A DNA stretch of 64,000 bases from Candidatus Micrarchaeia archaeon. Its GTDB lineage: Archaea; Micrarchaeota; Micrarchaeia; CAILAH01. Shown one piece after another: positions 28,079 through 38,189 of the stretch. The stretch covers positions 152,715-216,714 of the forward strand of contig JAVZCB010000002.1 of assembly GCA_038874595.1 (NCBI GenBank). Reading direction: 5' to 3'. Position numbers and translations under genes: made by a program. The stretch's first letter is position 1, and each line of letters starts with the position of its first letter. The notes under the pieces are model-generated. The model made no database searches, was not told the origin of the DNA, and saw only the letters and a list, made by a program, of their open reading frames with translations.

Positions 28079-29035
28079 TCACCTGTATCCCTCAACAGAA
28101 ACGTCAGGAAGTTTCTCATTTCTCTTACAGAACCCCTTCAAAAAATTATATGCGAGCTCGCCAAGGTCCTCAACCCAGTACCCTCCTTCAAGAACACCAA
28201 AGATAGGCACATCTAGCTCTTTTGCGCATGCATCAAGAAGCCTTCCTATCTTCATATATGTCCTTGGCTCTTTTATTTTTGTTACTGTACCAAAGAACAG
28301 GTCTTTGTAATAAGTATTAAATCCAATGCCAACAGCAATAATATCCGGTTTTACTTCATCAACAACCTTAGGTATAACTTTGTATAGCTTATCCAAGTAT
28401 TCCTTATCTGTAATCCAGAGCCGGTTTTCGTAACAGCGCACCCGCGAAGTGCTTTCTTTCTCTTTTCCGGTATAAGGATATACTGAATCAGCGTGCTGAT
28501 GAACTGACAGAAGCCATACCCTCTCATCATCTACAAATATATTGTTGGTACCATTACAAAAATGCGCATCGAGATTGATTATAAGAGGATTCCTTGATTT
28601 TCCAGCAGCAAGAAGTTTTGCAATTGCAACCGCCACATTGTTTATATAAGAGTACCCGCCAAAGAAATCCCTCCCTGCATGGCCTCCTTTTGGCCGTGTA
28701 ACCGCAAATGCAAAACGTTTTTTGCTAATTGCATACTCTGCCGCGCAGCACGCCGCACCAGCGGCAAGAGAGGCAATCCTATAAGTATTCTTATCAACCG
28801 GCTCGTCAGGAAAGTACGTGTTGATTCTCTTGTAATTTTTAATTTCATCAAGATACTTTGCAGAGTGCACTCTCTCAAGATCTTTTCTTGATGCGGGCTT
28901 TGGCTTGGCAACAGTATATTCCAAATCAGATGTCCTAATGTAATCCATTATTGCAGCGAGCCTTTCTGGCGTATCTGGAAATTTACCACTAAACTTCATA
29001 AATTCCTTTGAATAGTATATGCTGATTTTAGTCAT
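28079..29035 (-). CDS. Histone deacetylase / AcuC family protein with altered active-site motifs
   Basis: PERL, RVHS..Y, RP.GGHA, NNVA, DAH..NGT, SVHQ, LEGGY. Confidence 0.8.
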   Translation of the reverse strand: MTKISIYYSKEFMKFSGKFPDTPERLAAIMDYIRTSDLEYTVAKPKPASRKDLERVHSAKYLDEIKNYKRINTYFPDEPVDKNTYRIASLAAGAACCAAEYAISKKRFAFAVTRPKGGHAGRDFFGGYSYINNVAVAIAKLLAAGKSRNPLIINLDAHFCNGTNNIFVDDERVWLLSVHQHADSVYPYTGKEKESTSRVRCYENRLWITDKEYLDKLYKVIPKVVDEVKPDIIAVGIGFNTYYKDLFFGTVTKIKEPRTYMKIGRLLDACAKELDVPIFGVLEGGYWVEDLGELAYNFLKGFCKRNEKLPDVSVEGYR

Positions 29036-30483
29036 TTACATAACCTCAAAAAGTCTATTGAAAACCCAAGCAGCGAGTTGAGGTATCTTATTATGCCACA
29101 CAGCACCCCGTCACTACCACCAACCTTTTCCCCCATTGTTGTATTTATTGGGATGTCTGGAAGCACATTCTTGCCTTTATCTTCCTCAACGATTTCATTG
29201 TTTAGCACGGCCTCTGCAACCATCATTTTCACAGATGCATCAATCTCATCCATGCGTTTTGTTAGCTCAGTTATCTCTGACTTGTTAACTTTTCTGCCCA
29301 AGACCTCTTTTATCTCGTTTGAATAATTTGTAAGATTCTTGTCATACTTTGTGCCATTAAGTTTCTTTCTTGCATTTACAATAGCATCCAAATCAGCCTT
29401 TGCCTTGGATTTCATAAGCTCATACTGTGCATTTGTCATCTGCACTTCGGCTTTTAGGTTTGTTAGTATACTTTTGTATTGGCCAGCCAGCTTTATAGCC
29501 AATTTATACTTACCATCATTTTTCAGTTGACTTATCTCCGTAGTATAATTTTCAGCAGATTTAATTGAGGCCTCAGTTGCATTATCCTTCCAATCGGCCT
29601 TTGAATACATAGATTTTATGCTGTTGTAAAGGTCATATACCGCCCCATACTCTTCTAAGTATGTTTTTTCTCGTGTTTCCAGGTATTTAATCCTGGTATC
29701 CGTCTGCACCTTTATTTTTGCAGCCCTTTCCCTGGCTTGAGGTACCGTGGCAAGCGTTGTAACAATATCTTCACAGAGGCCCTTCGCCTCATTTGCATTA
29801 TCATAGGTCGGATGCATCTCTTCACAGTACGGGTAATCATAGAGCTTGTTATCATCCATTATTTTCATTGTATCGCTCATATTTTGTATGAGCCTGCAAA
29901 GCTCCCTGTAATCTTCCTCAGTCTTGGGGTTTTTTGCCTTTTCTGAAGCAGCAAGTATTGAATTATCAACCGCCTTTCTTTGGATGTTCCAGCTCATTAT
30001 TGAGTATATCAAATCATCCCTTATCTGCATTGCACACAGAGGTACACGGTAGCACGCCTTAATGCACGATTCCTTATCATAGCATGGCATCGCATCCACA
30101 CCAGTGATCCTTTCACACACCACCCTCTCCGGATATTCACTTTCGTTAAAAGCCCGTATGAGCTCCCGTATCCTTGCTGTTTTCTCATCAACACCAGATG
30201 TTTCCCAGATGTTCTGGACAAGCACGGCGGCAATGCTGTCCGTGTCCATCATTACCTTTGAATCGTCACCAATCATCATCATCTCAACGCCATCCACAGT
30301 TATTATCCAGTAATCTTTTCCCCACGCAGAGAGCTTGTTTAATTCGTACTTCTCCTGCGGCTCGATATATTCCCCAGCGACTTGTGCCGGGGAGGCCGCA
30401 AAACCAACTGCAAAAACCATAACTGCAATTATCGCGGTTATAAGGGAGATGCGCAAGGCCCCTGCGTTTAAGAATGTATACAT
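29032..30483 (-). CDS. Secreted hypothetical protein (Cys cluster and coiled coils)
   Basis: N-terminal signal/TM, C..ESC..AC..VPLC motif, long helical region. Confidence 0.65.
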   Translation of the reverse strand: MYTFLNAGALRISLITAIIAVMVFAVGFAASPAQVAGEYIEPQEKYELNKLSAWGKDYWIITVDGVEMMMIGDDSKVMMDTDSIAAVLVQNIWETSGVDEKTARIRELIRAFNESEYPERVVCERITGVDAMPCYDKESCIKACYRVPLCAMQIRDDLIYSIMSWNIQRKAVDNSILAASEKAKNPKTEEDYRELCRLIQNMSDTMKIMDDNKLYDYPYCEEMHPTYDNANEAKGLCEDIVTTLATVPQARERAAKIKVQTDTRIKYLETREKTYLEEYGAVYDLYNSIKSMYSKADWKDNATEASIKSAENYTTEISQLKNDGKYKLAIKLAGQYKSILTNLKAEVQMTNAQYELMKSKAKADLDAIVNARKKLNGTKYDKNLTNYSNEIKEVLGRKVNKSEITELTKRMDEIDASVKMMVAEAVLNNEIVEEDKGKNVLPDIPINTTMGEKVGGSDGVLCGIIRYLNSLLGFSIDFLRLCK

Positions 30484-30507
30484 GTTACTATTTTGCAACA
30501 GAGGTTT

Positions 30508-31113
30508 TTAACACTTAATAATAGGTCCCCCAACTATCCTACCAAGGGCTTTCATAATTGACTCGTGTACTTTCTCTTTCTCTTCCGCTCCGTTTATGAG
30601 GTGTACCTTTTTTGAAAAAAACCCCTCTTTATACATTTGTAGGTAGTTACTGCGCACCTTACTCAAAAAATATGTGCGCTCAAACACTTCTCTTCCACCG
30701 CGTAGCCGCCCTATGCACAGCGCCGGGTCAGCATCCAAAACAAGCACAATGTCCGGTTTGACAAGCCCAAAGCCCTCAATGATTTTTTTGCCGTTATCAT
30801 AATTGAATCCCTGGGCGCACTGATACGCAAGCGTTGAGTGAGCATACCTGTCAACAACTAGGTGTCTTTCACTGTCTCCCTTGAACTTCTCAAACAGTTG
30901 CACATCTTTCAGCATATCCATCAAGAACATAGGGAATAGTGATTCGCCGCTCAGCTCAAACCCCGCCTTCCCTTTGAGTATATTGTTAAATAACTCCCCA
31001 TAAATCCCTTCCCTGTCCGGATATTTTTTCTTTTCGCATCTTATTTTTCTGGAGAGCATCTCGATTTGAGTTCCTTTTCCAACCCCATCTATCCCCTCAA
31101 AGCAGATTATCAT
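30508..31113 (-). CDS. tmk: Thymidylate kinase
   Basis: FEGIDGVGKGTQ, YP, DRY..STLAYQ, KPD. Confidence 0.93.
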   Translation of the reverse strand: MIICFEGIDGVGKGTQIEMLSRKIRCEKKKYPDREGIYGELFNNILKGKAGFELSGESLFPMFLMDMLKDVQLFEKFKGDSERHLVVDRYAHSTLAYQCAQGFNYDNGKKIIEGFGLVKPDIVLVLDADPALCIGRLRGGREVFERTYFLSKVRSNYLQMYKEGFFSKKVHLINGAEEKEKVHESIMKALGRIVGGPIIKC

Positions 31114-31190
31114 ATTTCCAATCTCGCAGCGTAATCTTAAAAACAGGCATGCACAGAAAAACTTTTATTATCAATAAATAAAATTAATGT

Positions 31191-31763
31191 ATGGTTGATG
31201 CAAAGCAGTGCCCTCGTCATATGCTTGGCAAAAGCGCTTGCAGGACAGGTTTCGGCAAAGAGAGCTTTGGGCAGCCGCTTTCTGAAGAATCATATGCCTG
31301 GCTAAAACAGGCAGCTGCAGGGGAGAACATATGCAGGCGCCACGCGTTTTCTGAACTTAGCGACAAAAACTGCCCGGATGAGCGAGCACGGCAGTTTGCA
31401 CTTGATGCTCTCATCACAGAGAAAGAGAAGGATTTAAGGATGCTCTTAATAATGTATCTCGCTTCCCAGCGTGATGTAAGGGTTATCCAGCACGTAATAA
31501 AAGACATTGAAGATGCGGCAAAGGAAATCTACTTAAACAAAAACGCCTTGAAGACGGGCGGTTATTATATAAACCACCTTCTTTTTGTGGTTAGGAAATT
31601 TATAGAGAAAGATTGTTCTGCGGTGCACGCCCTCGGGGTGTTGTATAAATCAGTTGCTGATGAAGAAGAGGTGGCCTTGAATGAGCAGATAAGGAAATTA
31701 TTCCTTGATTTGTATGAGAAATACCATAAAACGCTCCCGCCAAGGATTAATGTCTATAAATAA
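31191..31763 (+). CDS. Hypothetical protein, possibly HEAT-like repeats
   Basis: Helical pattern ARQFALDAL..EKE..LR; TATA-like element upstream. Confidence 0.5.
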   Translation: MVDAKQCPRHMLGKSACRTGFGKESFGQPLSEESYAWLKQAAAGENICRRHAFSELSDKNCPDERARQFALDALITEKEKDLRMLLIMYLASQRDVRVIQHVIKDIEDAAKEIYLNKNALKTGGYYINHLLFVVRKFIEKDCSAVHALGVLYKSVADEEEVALNEQIRKLFLDLYEKYHKTLPPRINVYK

Positions 31764-31866
31764 TGTGCATAACTCTTAATCCTTTTGAGCATCATAAGGG
31801 CGTTGACACAATGGGCTATCCCACTAGAAAGCCCATAATATAGCTTGGGCATCATGGAAACAAAGA

Positions 31867-32020
31867 TGGACCCGCCCAGATTTTCAAGAAGGAACAACCG
31901 CAACTCGCGCGTGTTCGCGAAGCGAACTACCTGGGAGCGCGAGGGGCGGATGCGCCATCGCATTGAACTGGGGATCTTTCCCGTGTCAGGGGAACGTCTT
32001 AACCACTCGACTACGGGTCC
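31867..32020 (-). tRNA. tRNA-Val(GAC) with ~81-nt intron at 59/60 (31881-31961)
   Basis: Reverse complement reads GGACCCG-TA-GTCGAGTGGTTAAGAC-G-TTCCC-CT-GAC-AC-GGGAA-AGATC-CCCAG-TTCAAT|intron|T-CTGGG-CGGGTCC-A. Confidence 0.9.
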
Positions 32021-32114
32021 ACGCATAAAATTTAGTGTGCCACCTTTAATAAAACTTGTGTGTTCCATTCTAAAAATAGCAAAGTTTTTAAGGTATATTT
32101 TTTTCTAAAACAGT

Positions 32115-33161
32115 ATGCAAAAGAAAGTTATTGTTGCAAGCTTTGACAACGTGCTTCTCAACCCAGGACCAGTGCATATGTATGCTGCACTGAGAGCATA
32201 CAGGAAGGTTCTTGAAGAGGGGCTTGTTAAAGACCATACAAAGTTTAAGTATAATGGGTTTTTGAAACAGGACATAAACGCCAGTGAGTTTCTAAACAGT
32301 TCATTGTACTTCAAAGGGTTTTTTTGCATCGCTTTTGACAAGCTTAGGCACCTTGCAAAAAACGAAGATGACTACCTCAAAATGCTAATGCTCATAGAAA
32401 AAAATAAAGATCTCGCGATTAAGCTGCAGTCATCTGCAAATTCAGAAGTATATAAGATGTTCGCGGACGCAATTCTTGATAACCCAATCGAGCTTGGCAA
32501 GGAATCCATTGGGCGCATCTCAGTTGATAAAGTTACCAGGTGGCGTTTCAGTACAGTGTTCAGGGAAGCTATCAGGGATCTGAACCGGTATGACAAGTTT
32601 GCCTTGTTAAGGATGTATAGCTCTGATTCCTCTATTGTACCACAACTCAGGCAAATTGTTGCAAAATACCCAGTTTATTTTGTTACAATGCAGCAGCAGG
32701 AGATTGTTGGTAAGCTATTGGAAGGGCTGCTTAAACTCAATTATTTGGCAGATTCAGATTTCAAGCAACGTGACATAAAATGGGTTTACAGTGAGTCCTT
32801 GCTCAATGATTGGAGATGGGAATATAAAAGAAGATATTTAGTGGATGACAATAACATATTAACGCTGGAAACGAGTTCATTTTTGCCAATACAACTTAAG
32901 CAAATTGCGGCCAAAGAGGAAGTGAAAGAAAAAGATGTGTGGTTTTTGACCAGGAAGTTTGATCATAAAACGGCAAAGGCACTGTTTGAGGCTGGGTTCA
33001 GAAGGCAAAATGATGGCGCTCCACAGGTGAATATTTTTGTAATTGCCGCCAGCCAGCCTTTTATTGGGCAGTATCGGGAGGAGATGGCGGCGGGCGTGCT
33101 TGTGCTCGAGCACGACAAGTTTGCAGAAAAGCTGCTTAAAATTGCCTCTATTTACAAATAA
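32115..33161 (+). CDS. Hypothetical protein, degenerate HAD-like fold
   Basis: VIVASFDNVL resembles HAD motif I (DFDG) with the first Asp lost; YFVT matches motif II; VWFLT sits where motif IV is expected. Confidence 0.45.
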   Translation: MQKKVIVASFDNVLLNPGPVHMYAALRAYRKVLEEGLVKDHTKFKYNGFLKQDINASEFLNSSLYFKGFFCIAFDKLRHLAKNEDDYLKMLMLIEKNKDLAIKLQSSANSEVYKMFADAILDNPIELGKESIGRISVDKVTRWRFSTVFREAIRDLNRYDKFALLRMYSSDSSIVPQLRQIVAKYPVYFVTMQQQEIVGKLLEGLLKLNYLADSDFKQRDIKWVYSESLLNDWRWEYKRRYLVDDNNILTLETSSFLPIQLKQIAAKEEVKEKDVWFLTRKFDHKTAKALFEAGFRRQNDGAPQVNIFVIAASQPFIGQYREEMAAGVLVLEHDKFAEKLLKIASIYK

Positions 33162-33228
33162 GATGTGCCTCTTTTTAACGGTCCTTTTTACCTAAAAGCA
33201 AATAAATAAGCACCTTTATAATTAGCAT

Positions 33229-34002
33229 ATGCTTTGGTTAATCATAATTGCAACAGTGCTCATAAGCTTGCTTTCCTTGTCAGGAGTGCTTCTTCTAGGC
33301 ATGAAAAAAGACCTGATGAGAAAGGCACTTATTTTCCTTATTGCATTTGCTGTTGGTGCAATGATGGGCGGAGCATTGCTTCACCTTATGCCTGAGGCAA
33401 TAGAAGAAATAGATGTGATGGCAGCATTTATTTTGTTGTTTATAGGCTTTATGCTATTTTTTGTGATTGAGAAGTTCCTGCACTGGAGGCACTGCCATGA
33501 AGGCGATTGCAAAATCCACGGTGGCAGCATTACAGGAAAGAAAGGAAAAATAAAGCCGGCCGCATACTTAAATCTCATTGGGGACAGTGTGCATAATTTT
33601 ATTGATGGAGTAATAATTGCAGTATCATTTGTGACAAGTATTGAAGTTGGGATTGCAAGTGCAATAGCAATAGCGCTGCATGAGATACCCCAGGAGTTTG
33701 GTGATTTTGCAGTGCTTGTGCACAGCGGCATAAAACCAAAAAAGGCATTAATTTATAACCTATTCACAGCATTTACGGCTGTGGTGGGCGGCATTGCAGG
33801 ATATTTCTTTCTCACAGCAGTCACAAGCGCAACGCCATATCTCCTGACAATTGCAGCTGGCGGGTTTCTTTATATTGCAGCAGCCGACTTGGTTCCAGAG
33901 CTTCATAACGAAATAAGGCCGCACACATCAGCAATCCAGTTTATTGCAATCCTTCTGGGCTTTGTGCTGATGTACCTTATGAAATCCATATTAGGTGGCT
34001 AA
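33229..34002 (+). CDS. ZIP family metal transporter
   Basis: LHLMPEA, HWRHCH, GDSVHNFIDG, LHEIPQEFGDF, GGFLYIA. Confidence 0.93.
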   Translation: MLWLIIIATVLISLLSLSGVLLLGMKKDLMRKALIFLIAFAVGAMMGGALLHLMPEAIEEIDVMAAFILLFIGFMLFFVIEKFLHWRHCHEGDCKIHGGSITGKKGKIKPAAYLNLIGDSVHNFIDGVIIAVSFVTSIEVGIASAIAIALHEIPQEFGDFAVLVHSGIKPKKALIYNLFTAFTAVVGGIAGYFFLTAVTSATPYLLTIAAGGFLYIAAADLVPELHNEIRPHTSAIQFIAILLGFVLMYLMKSILGG

Positions 34003-34028
34003 TGTTGTGGCTGTGCATATTGGAACTG

Positions 34029-34042
34029 TAGGTTTTTACCTA
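34029..34042. promoter_or_regulatory. Palindromic putative operator TAGG-N6-CCTA upstream of the SIMPL gene
   Basis: TAGGTTTTTACCTA just upstream of a TATATAA box. Confidence 0.3.
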
Positions 34043-34101
34043 ACAATATAATCCCTATTAAAAAGGTTATTCCTGATATGTTAATCAATAAAGGTGGTTA
34101 G

Positions 34102-34932
34102 ATGGGAAACAAGGAATGTTCGGGAAACGTTTATTGTAATAATGCCCTGATTTCTTTTGGGATTATTACAGCCGTGGCTCTCCTTGGGTTTGTTATTGGG
34201 ATGTATCTTGCTATACCCCAACAAGGTGTTACAGGTAACATAACACTTACAAGCCCTTCGGAGCACACAATCTCTGTAAATGGGGAGGCGCAGCAGAAGG
34301 TCACACCTGACCTGCTGGTTATCTCTTTAAGTGTCGAAACGCAGGAAGATTCAGCAGCGCTTTCACAGGAAAAGAACGCAGAGATTATGGATAACGTGAA
34401 GAAAGCACTGCTTTCAAGAGGGATTCTTGAGAAGGACATATCAACGAGCTCATACTCTGTATATCCTGTTGAGCAGTCGCACTGGATATGCCCCAAATAT
34501 AGACCGGGCTGCACGGATGATGAGAAGATATATGAGACAAAAGTAATTGGTTACAGGACAGTCCATATAATCTCTGCCAAGACGGGTGACCTTACAGGCG
34601 GTGGCGCACTTGTTGATGCTGCTGTACAGGCAGGTGCAACAAATGTTAATTCAGTGGTGTTCACCCTTAAGGATGAGACGAGGAAATCCATAGAGGAGAG
34701 CCTGTTGAAGTATGCTTCAGCAAACGCAAAGGGCAAGGCACAGAAGATTGCGGACGGTCTCGGTGTCAGGCTTGGCGCACCAGCATCTGCTGGAAGCAGC
34801 TATGTCTACTTCCCGGGGCCTGTGTATAAGAACTACGCCAGCTATGCGATGGATTCAGCGGTACCCACAAGTTTCTCGCCAGGCGAGATGGTCGTGACTG
34901 CCTCTGTAAGTGTCTCATACCTTATAGAGTGA
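34102..34932 (+). CDS. SIMPL (DUF541) domain protein, membrane-anchored
   Basis: TISVNGEA..KVTPD, DISTSSY, DAAVQAGATNV, A..KA..IA, V.ASVSVSY. Confidence 0.9.
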   Translation: MGNKECSGNVYCNNALISFGIITAVALLGFVIGMYLAIPQQGVTGNITLTSPSEHTISVNGEAQQKVTPDLLVISLSVETQEDSAALSQEKNAEIMDNVKKALLSRGILEKDISTSSYSVYPVEQSHWICPKYRPGCTDDEKIYETKVIGYRTVHIISAKTGDLTGGGALVDAAVQAGATNVNSVVFTLKDETRKSIEESLLKYASANAKGKAQKIADGLGVRLGAPASAGSSYVYFPGPVYKNYASYAMDSAVPTSFSPGEMVVTASVSVSYLIE

Positions 34933-35048
34933 GGCAGTTGTGTAGTAATGCCATCTATACTGAAATAAGGTGTTTGCAAGCATTGCATATTACAGATGTG
35001 CGCCCGCTTCAGCGCAGGCCACATCTGGTTCTTTTCTTTGGTGTTTAT

Positions 35049-35639
35049 ATGGTTGGTATTGCGATTGACCGCCCTGTGAGAAAGGCGCTCAGCTCCGAGA
35101 ATCGCGTTCGTATCCTGAAATTAATTGCTTCAAGGAGACGGACACAGAGCGAGCTTGCCAGGGCGTTATCTCTGTCATCCCCGACAGTGTTAGAGCACCT
35201 CTTAATCCTTCTTAACGCAGGTCTCATAGAGAAAATTGATGAGGGCCGGAAATGGAAATATTACCAGCTTACTGAGAAGGGCCGTGCGCTTATGGGTGTT
35301 GAGCATAATCCGGTTCCAATCCGCTCAATAGTGCTGTTCGCAATATCCATTATGCTGCTCGTACCGTCTATATATATGCTGGGCTTTTATGTACCCCATG
35401 AGGCTCTTGATGTGTACGGGTTGGAGAGCAAGCCGCAGGCCCACAATCCAGATGTACAGCCACAAATGAAACTGTTTGCAATGCCTACATCAAACACCAC
35501 ACAAGATATCTCTCCGCCAGAAGCCAACGACCCCGGCTATGAGCTGCATGAAAAGGGCATATATTACATAATGCTTGTGCTGGGCATCATTACTCTTGCA
35601 ATGGCAGTATACACATACATAAGTGGCAGCCGGCGCTGA
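35049..35639 (+). CDS. ArsR-family HTH regulator with two transmembrane segments
   Basis: KALSSENRVRIL, SELA..L.LS.PTV.EHL, GLI, KWKYYQLT, followed by two TM helices; RBS GGTG before MVG. Confidence 0.82.
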   Translation: MVGIAIDRPVRKALSSENRVRILKLIASRRRTQSELARALSLSSPTVLEHLLILLNAGLIEKIDEGRKWKYYQLTEKGRALMGVEHNPVPIRSIVLFAISIMLLVPSIYMLGFYVPHEALDVYGLESKPQAHNPDVQPQMKLFAMPTSNTTQDISPPEANDPGYELHEKGIYYIMLVLGIITLAMAVYTYISGSRR

Positions 35640-35762
35640 AGCAGATATGTGCCCAGTATTTTTACTGCCAATTTAGAGGGATAGGTAGCGCCACAGTGAT
35701 AGTGGTCACTGTGCCTATTTGCCAGCTTCCACATTTTTATTATTGTATGCGTATTTACTTTT

Positions 35763-37547
35763 ATGGACTTTTTAACGCTCGCCTCTGCAATGCAAGAGCT
35801 TGAGAGCACGCGCTCGCGCAACCAGATGGTGGATATAATCGCTGATTTATTCAAGAAATTATCGCCGGACGAAATTCAATACGCTGCATATTTAATACAA
35901 GGTGTAGTAGCACCACCACATAAAGGTGTGGAGGTAGGCCTCGGTGAAAAGCTTGTTGAAGAGGCTATTTCAAAAGCAACAGGATATTCTGAAAAGGAGG
36001 TGCAGAGGCTTTACTTAAAGGCAGGTGACCTAGGCACGGTAGCAGAGCAGTTATGCGGCAGCAAGAAGCAGACATCCCTGTTTTCCAATAAACTTTCCAT
36101 AACAAAAGTGTACTCATCATTTTATAAGATTGCAACGTTATCTGGCCACGGCTCACAGGATATTAAGGTTTCGATGCTTGCCGAGCTCATAAACAACGCA
36201 TCACCGCTTGAGGCGAGGTATATCGTACGGTTCCCGATAGGCCGACTCCGGCTCGGTGTCGGCGACCCGACCGTGCTTGATGCGCTATCTGTTATGCACA
36301 AGGGCGACAAGAGTGACCGCGAGCTTCTTGAATCAAAGTATAATATCTGTTCTGATTTGGGGTTAATTGCAAAGTCGTATGCCCAGGACCCGCGTTCAAT
36401 TTCAAAGCTTACTATGATGCCATTTACACCGGTCAGGCCGGCGCTTGCGGAGCGCCTCTCCTCTGCTGAAGACATAATAAAGAAGATTGGGCAATGCATT
36501 GTGGAAGCCAAATATGACGGTTTTCGCCTGCAAGTGCACCGCAGGGGCAATGAGGTGGAGATATTCTCAAGGAGGATGGAGCGCATGACGGATATGCTTC
36601 CAGACATAGTTTCAGCAGTGCGTAGCGAGATTAGCTGTAAAGAGGCAATATTTGAGGGTGAAGCGCTTGCCTATAATGAGGAGACCGGCGAGTTCTATCC
36701 ATTCCAGCAGACTATCCAGCGCAAGCGGAAGCACGGTGTGGAGGAGAAGACTGCTGAGATGCCGCTCCGCCTTTTTGTGTTTGACTTGCTCTACCTCAAC
36801 GGAAAAGAGGTTGCATCCAGGCCTTTAAAGGAAAGGAGGAAGCTGCTTGAGTCCATAATAAGCAGGGACAGCAAGGTGATATCCCTTTCCGAGAGCTATA
36901 CTGCAAAAAGTGCTGCTGATATTGAGGCGCATTTCAATGATTTTGTATCGCGCGGTCTTGAAGGGCTGATGGCAAAAGACCTTAACGCTCCGTACACTGC
37001 GGGTGCGCGCAAGTTTGCGTGGGTGAAGCTGAAAAGGTCATACCGCAGTGAGCTCTCAGACACGATAGACCTTGTGGTGATAGGGTATTTTGCTGGCCGC
37101 GGTTCACGCGCGCGGTTTAAGTTTGGAGGTGTCCTTGGCGCAGTTTATGACCCGCACACTGACATGTTCTACTCGCTTGCAAAGGTTGGCTCAGGGTTTT
37201 CTGAGGAGCAGATGTCAGAGTTTGAATCTCTATTATCAAAAATTAAGGTGAAAACCAAACCGGCACGTGTCAGCTCAGATATGGCACCAACATATTGGGT
37301 TGAGCCAAAATATGTGATAACAGTAAAGGCGGATGAGATTACGCGGTCCCCAGTACACACTGCTGGGAAAACCGCTAGCGGGCAGGGATATGCATTAAGG
37401 TTTCCGCGCATAGTTGATGGTATCCGCAGGGACAAACGGCCAGAGGACGCGACAACTGTTGATGAGATAATTGATATGTACAATATGCAAAAGAGGATAG
37501 AAGTTGGGACTGGTGAAGGGACTGATGAAGGGAGGCATCCTGAATAA
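35763..37547 (+). CDS. lig: ATP-dependent DNA ligase
   Basis: KYDGFR, FEGEA, FDLLYLNG, EGLMAK, WVKLK, DLVVIG, LRFPR. Confidence 0.96.
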   Translation: MDFLTLASAMQELESTRSRNQMVDIIADLFKKLSPDEIQYAAYLIQGVVAPPHKGVEVGLGEKLVEEAISKATGYSEKEVQRLYLKAGDLGTVAEQLCGSKKQTSLFSNKLSITKVYSSFYKIATLSGHGSQDIKVSMLAELINNASPLEARYIVRFPIGRLRLGVGDPTVLDALSVMHKGDKSDRELLESKYNICSDLGLIAKSYAQDPRSISKLTMMPFTPVRPALAERLSSAEDIIKKIGQCIVEAKYDGFRLQVHRRGNEVEIFSRRMERMTDMLPDIVSAVRSEISCKEAIFEGEALAYNEETGEFYPFQQTIQRKRKHGVEEKTAEMPLRLFVFDLLYLNGKEVASRPLKERRKLLESIISRDSKVISLSESYTAKSAADIEAHFNDFVSRGLEGLMAKDLNAPYTAGARKFAWVKLKRSYRSELSDTIDLVVIGYFAGRGSRARFKFGGVLGAVYDPHTDMFYSLAKVGSGFSEEQMSEFESLLSKIKVKTKPARVSSDMAPTYWVEPKYVITVKADEITRSPVHTAGKTASGQGYALRFPRIVDGIRRDKRPEDATTVDEIIDMYNMQKRIEVGTGEGTDEGRHPE

Positions 37548-37619
37548 GCAACAATTCACATTTATGCTTTTTGAGCCCCTATAATAATATTTATTAATAT
37601 AGGAGCGTATATTCTCAAT

Positions 37620-38189
37620 ATGCGGCGCGGCTTTGTTTTTATGCTTGATGCTTTTATTGCGTTAATAGTGGTGATAGCATTCGTAAGCTCACTTAACCAA
37701 TTCTCGCGCGATTACTCATACATCCAAGATGAGACTTTGTACTCGTATGGCAGGGGCATGATGGATATACTCTTGAGCAAGCAGGTCAAGGTTGAGATAT
37801 CTAAGACCGAGCCAAAGGAATATCAATACATCCAGCTTATTCATGCGCTCTCAACAGAGGCAGGAAAAAAGGAGATGGATGCGATAGACAAGCTTGTCCC
37901 GAAACAGTATTCATATAAGGTAGAATATTACAGCAGCAAGGAGAACAGGTGGGTTCCGCTTTACACACCCGCCTCAAGGGATAAGAAAGACATAAAGAAG
38001 GCAGTTGCCATTGTATCCACAATCCCGGTTATAGTGAAGAATGAGAATTATACCGCTCCGTACACATACGGGGACTTTTGCGGGGAGCCGGGTGGCATTA
38101 ACAGGTGCCTTACACCTGAAGAGCTCTACAGCCCTGATGAGTTCGGCTCGTTTGACAGGGCATTTGTCCGTGTGGTGATAGGCATATGA
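37620..38189 (+). CDS. Class III signal peptide (pilin-like) protein
   Basis: MRRG|FVFMLDA followed by a hydrophobic helix. Confidence 0.75.
   Translation: MRRGFVFMLDAFIALIVVIAFVSSLNQFSRDYSYIQDETLYSYGRGMMDILLSKQVKVEISKTEPKEYQYIQLIHALSTEAGKKEMDAIDKLVPKQYSYKVEYYSSKENRWVPLYTPASRDKKDIKKAVAIVSTIPVIVKNENYTAPYTYGDFCGEPGGINRCLTPEELYSPDEFGSFDRAFVRVVIGI

Noticed and set aside
31754-32108. ORFs of 104 and 87 aa
   Set aside because: They overlap tRNA-Val and its intron and are spurious.
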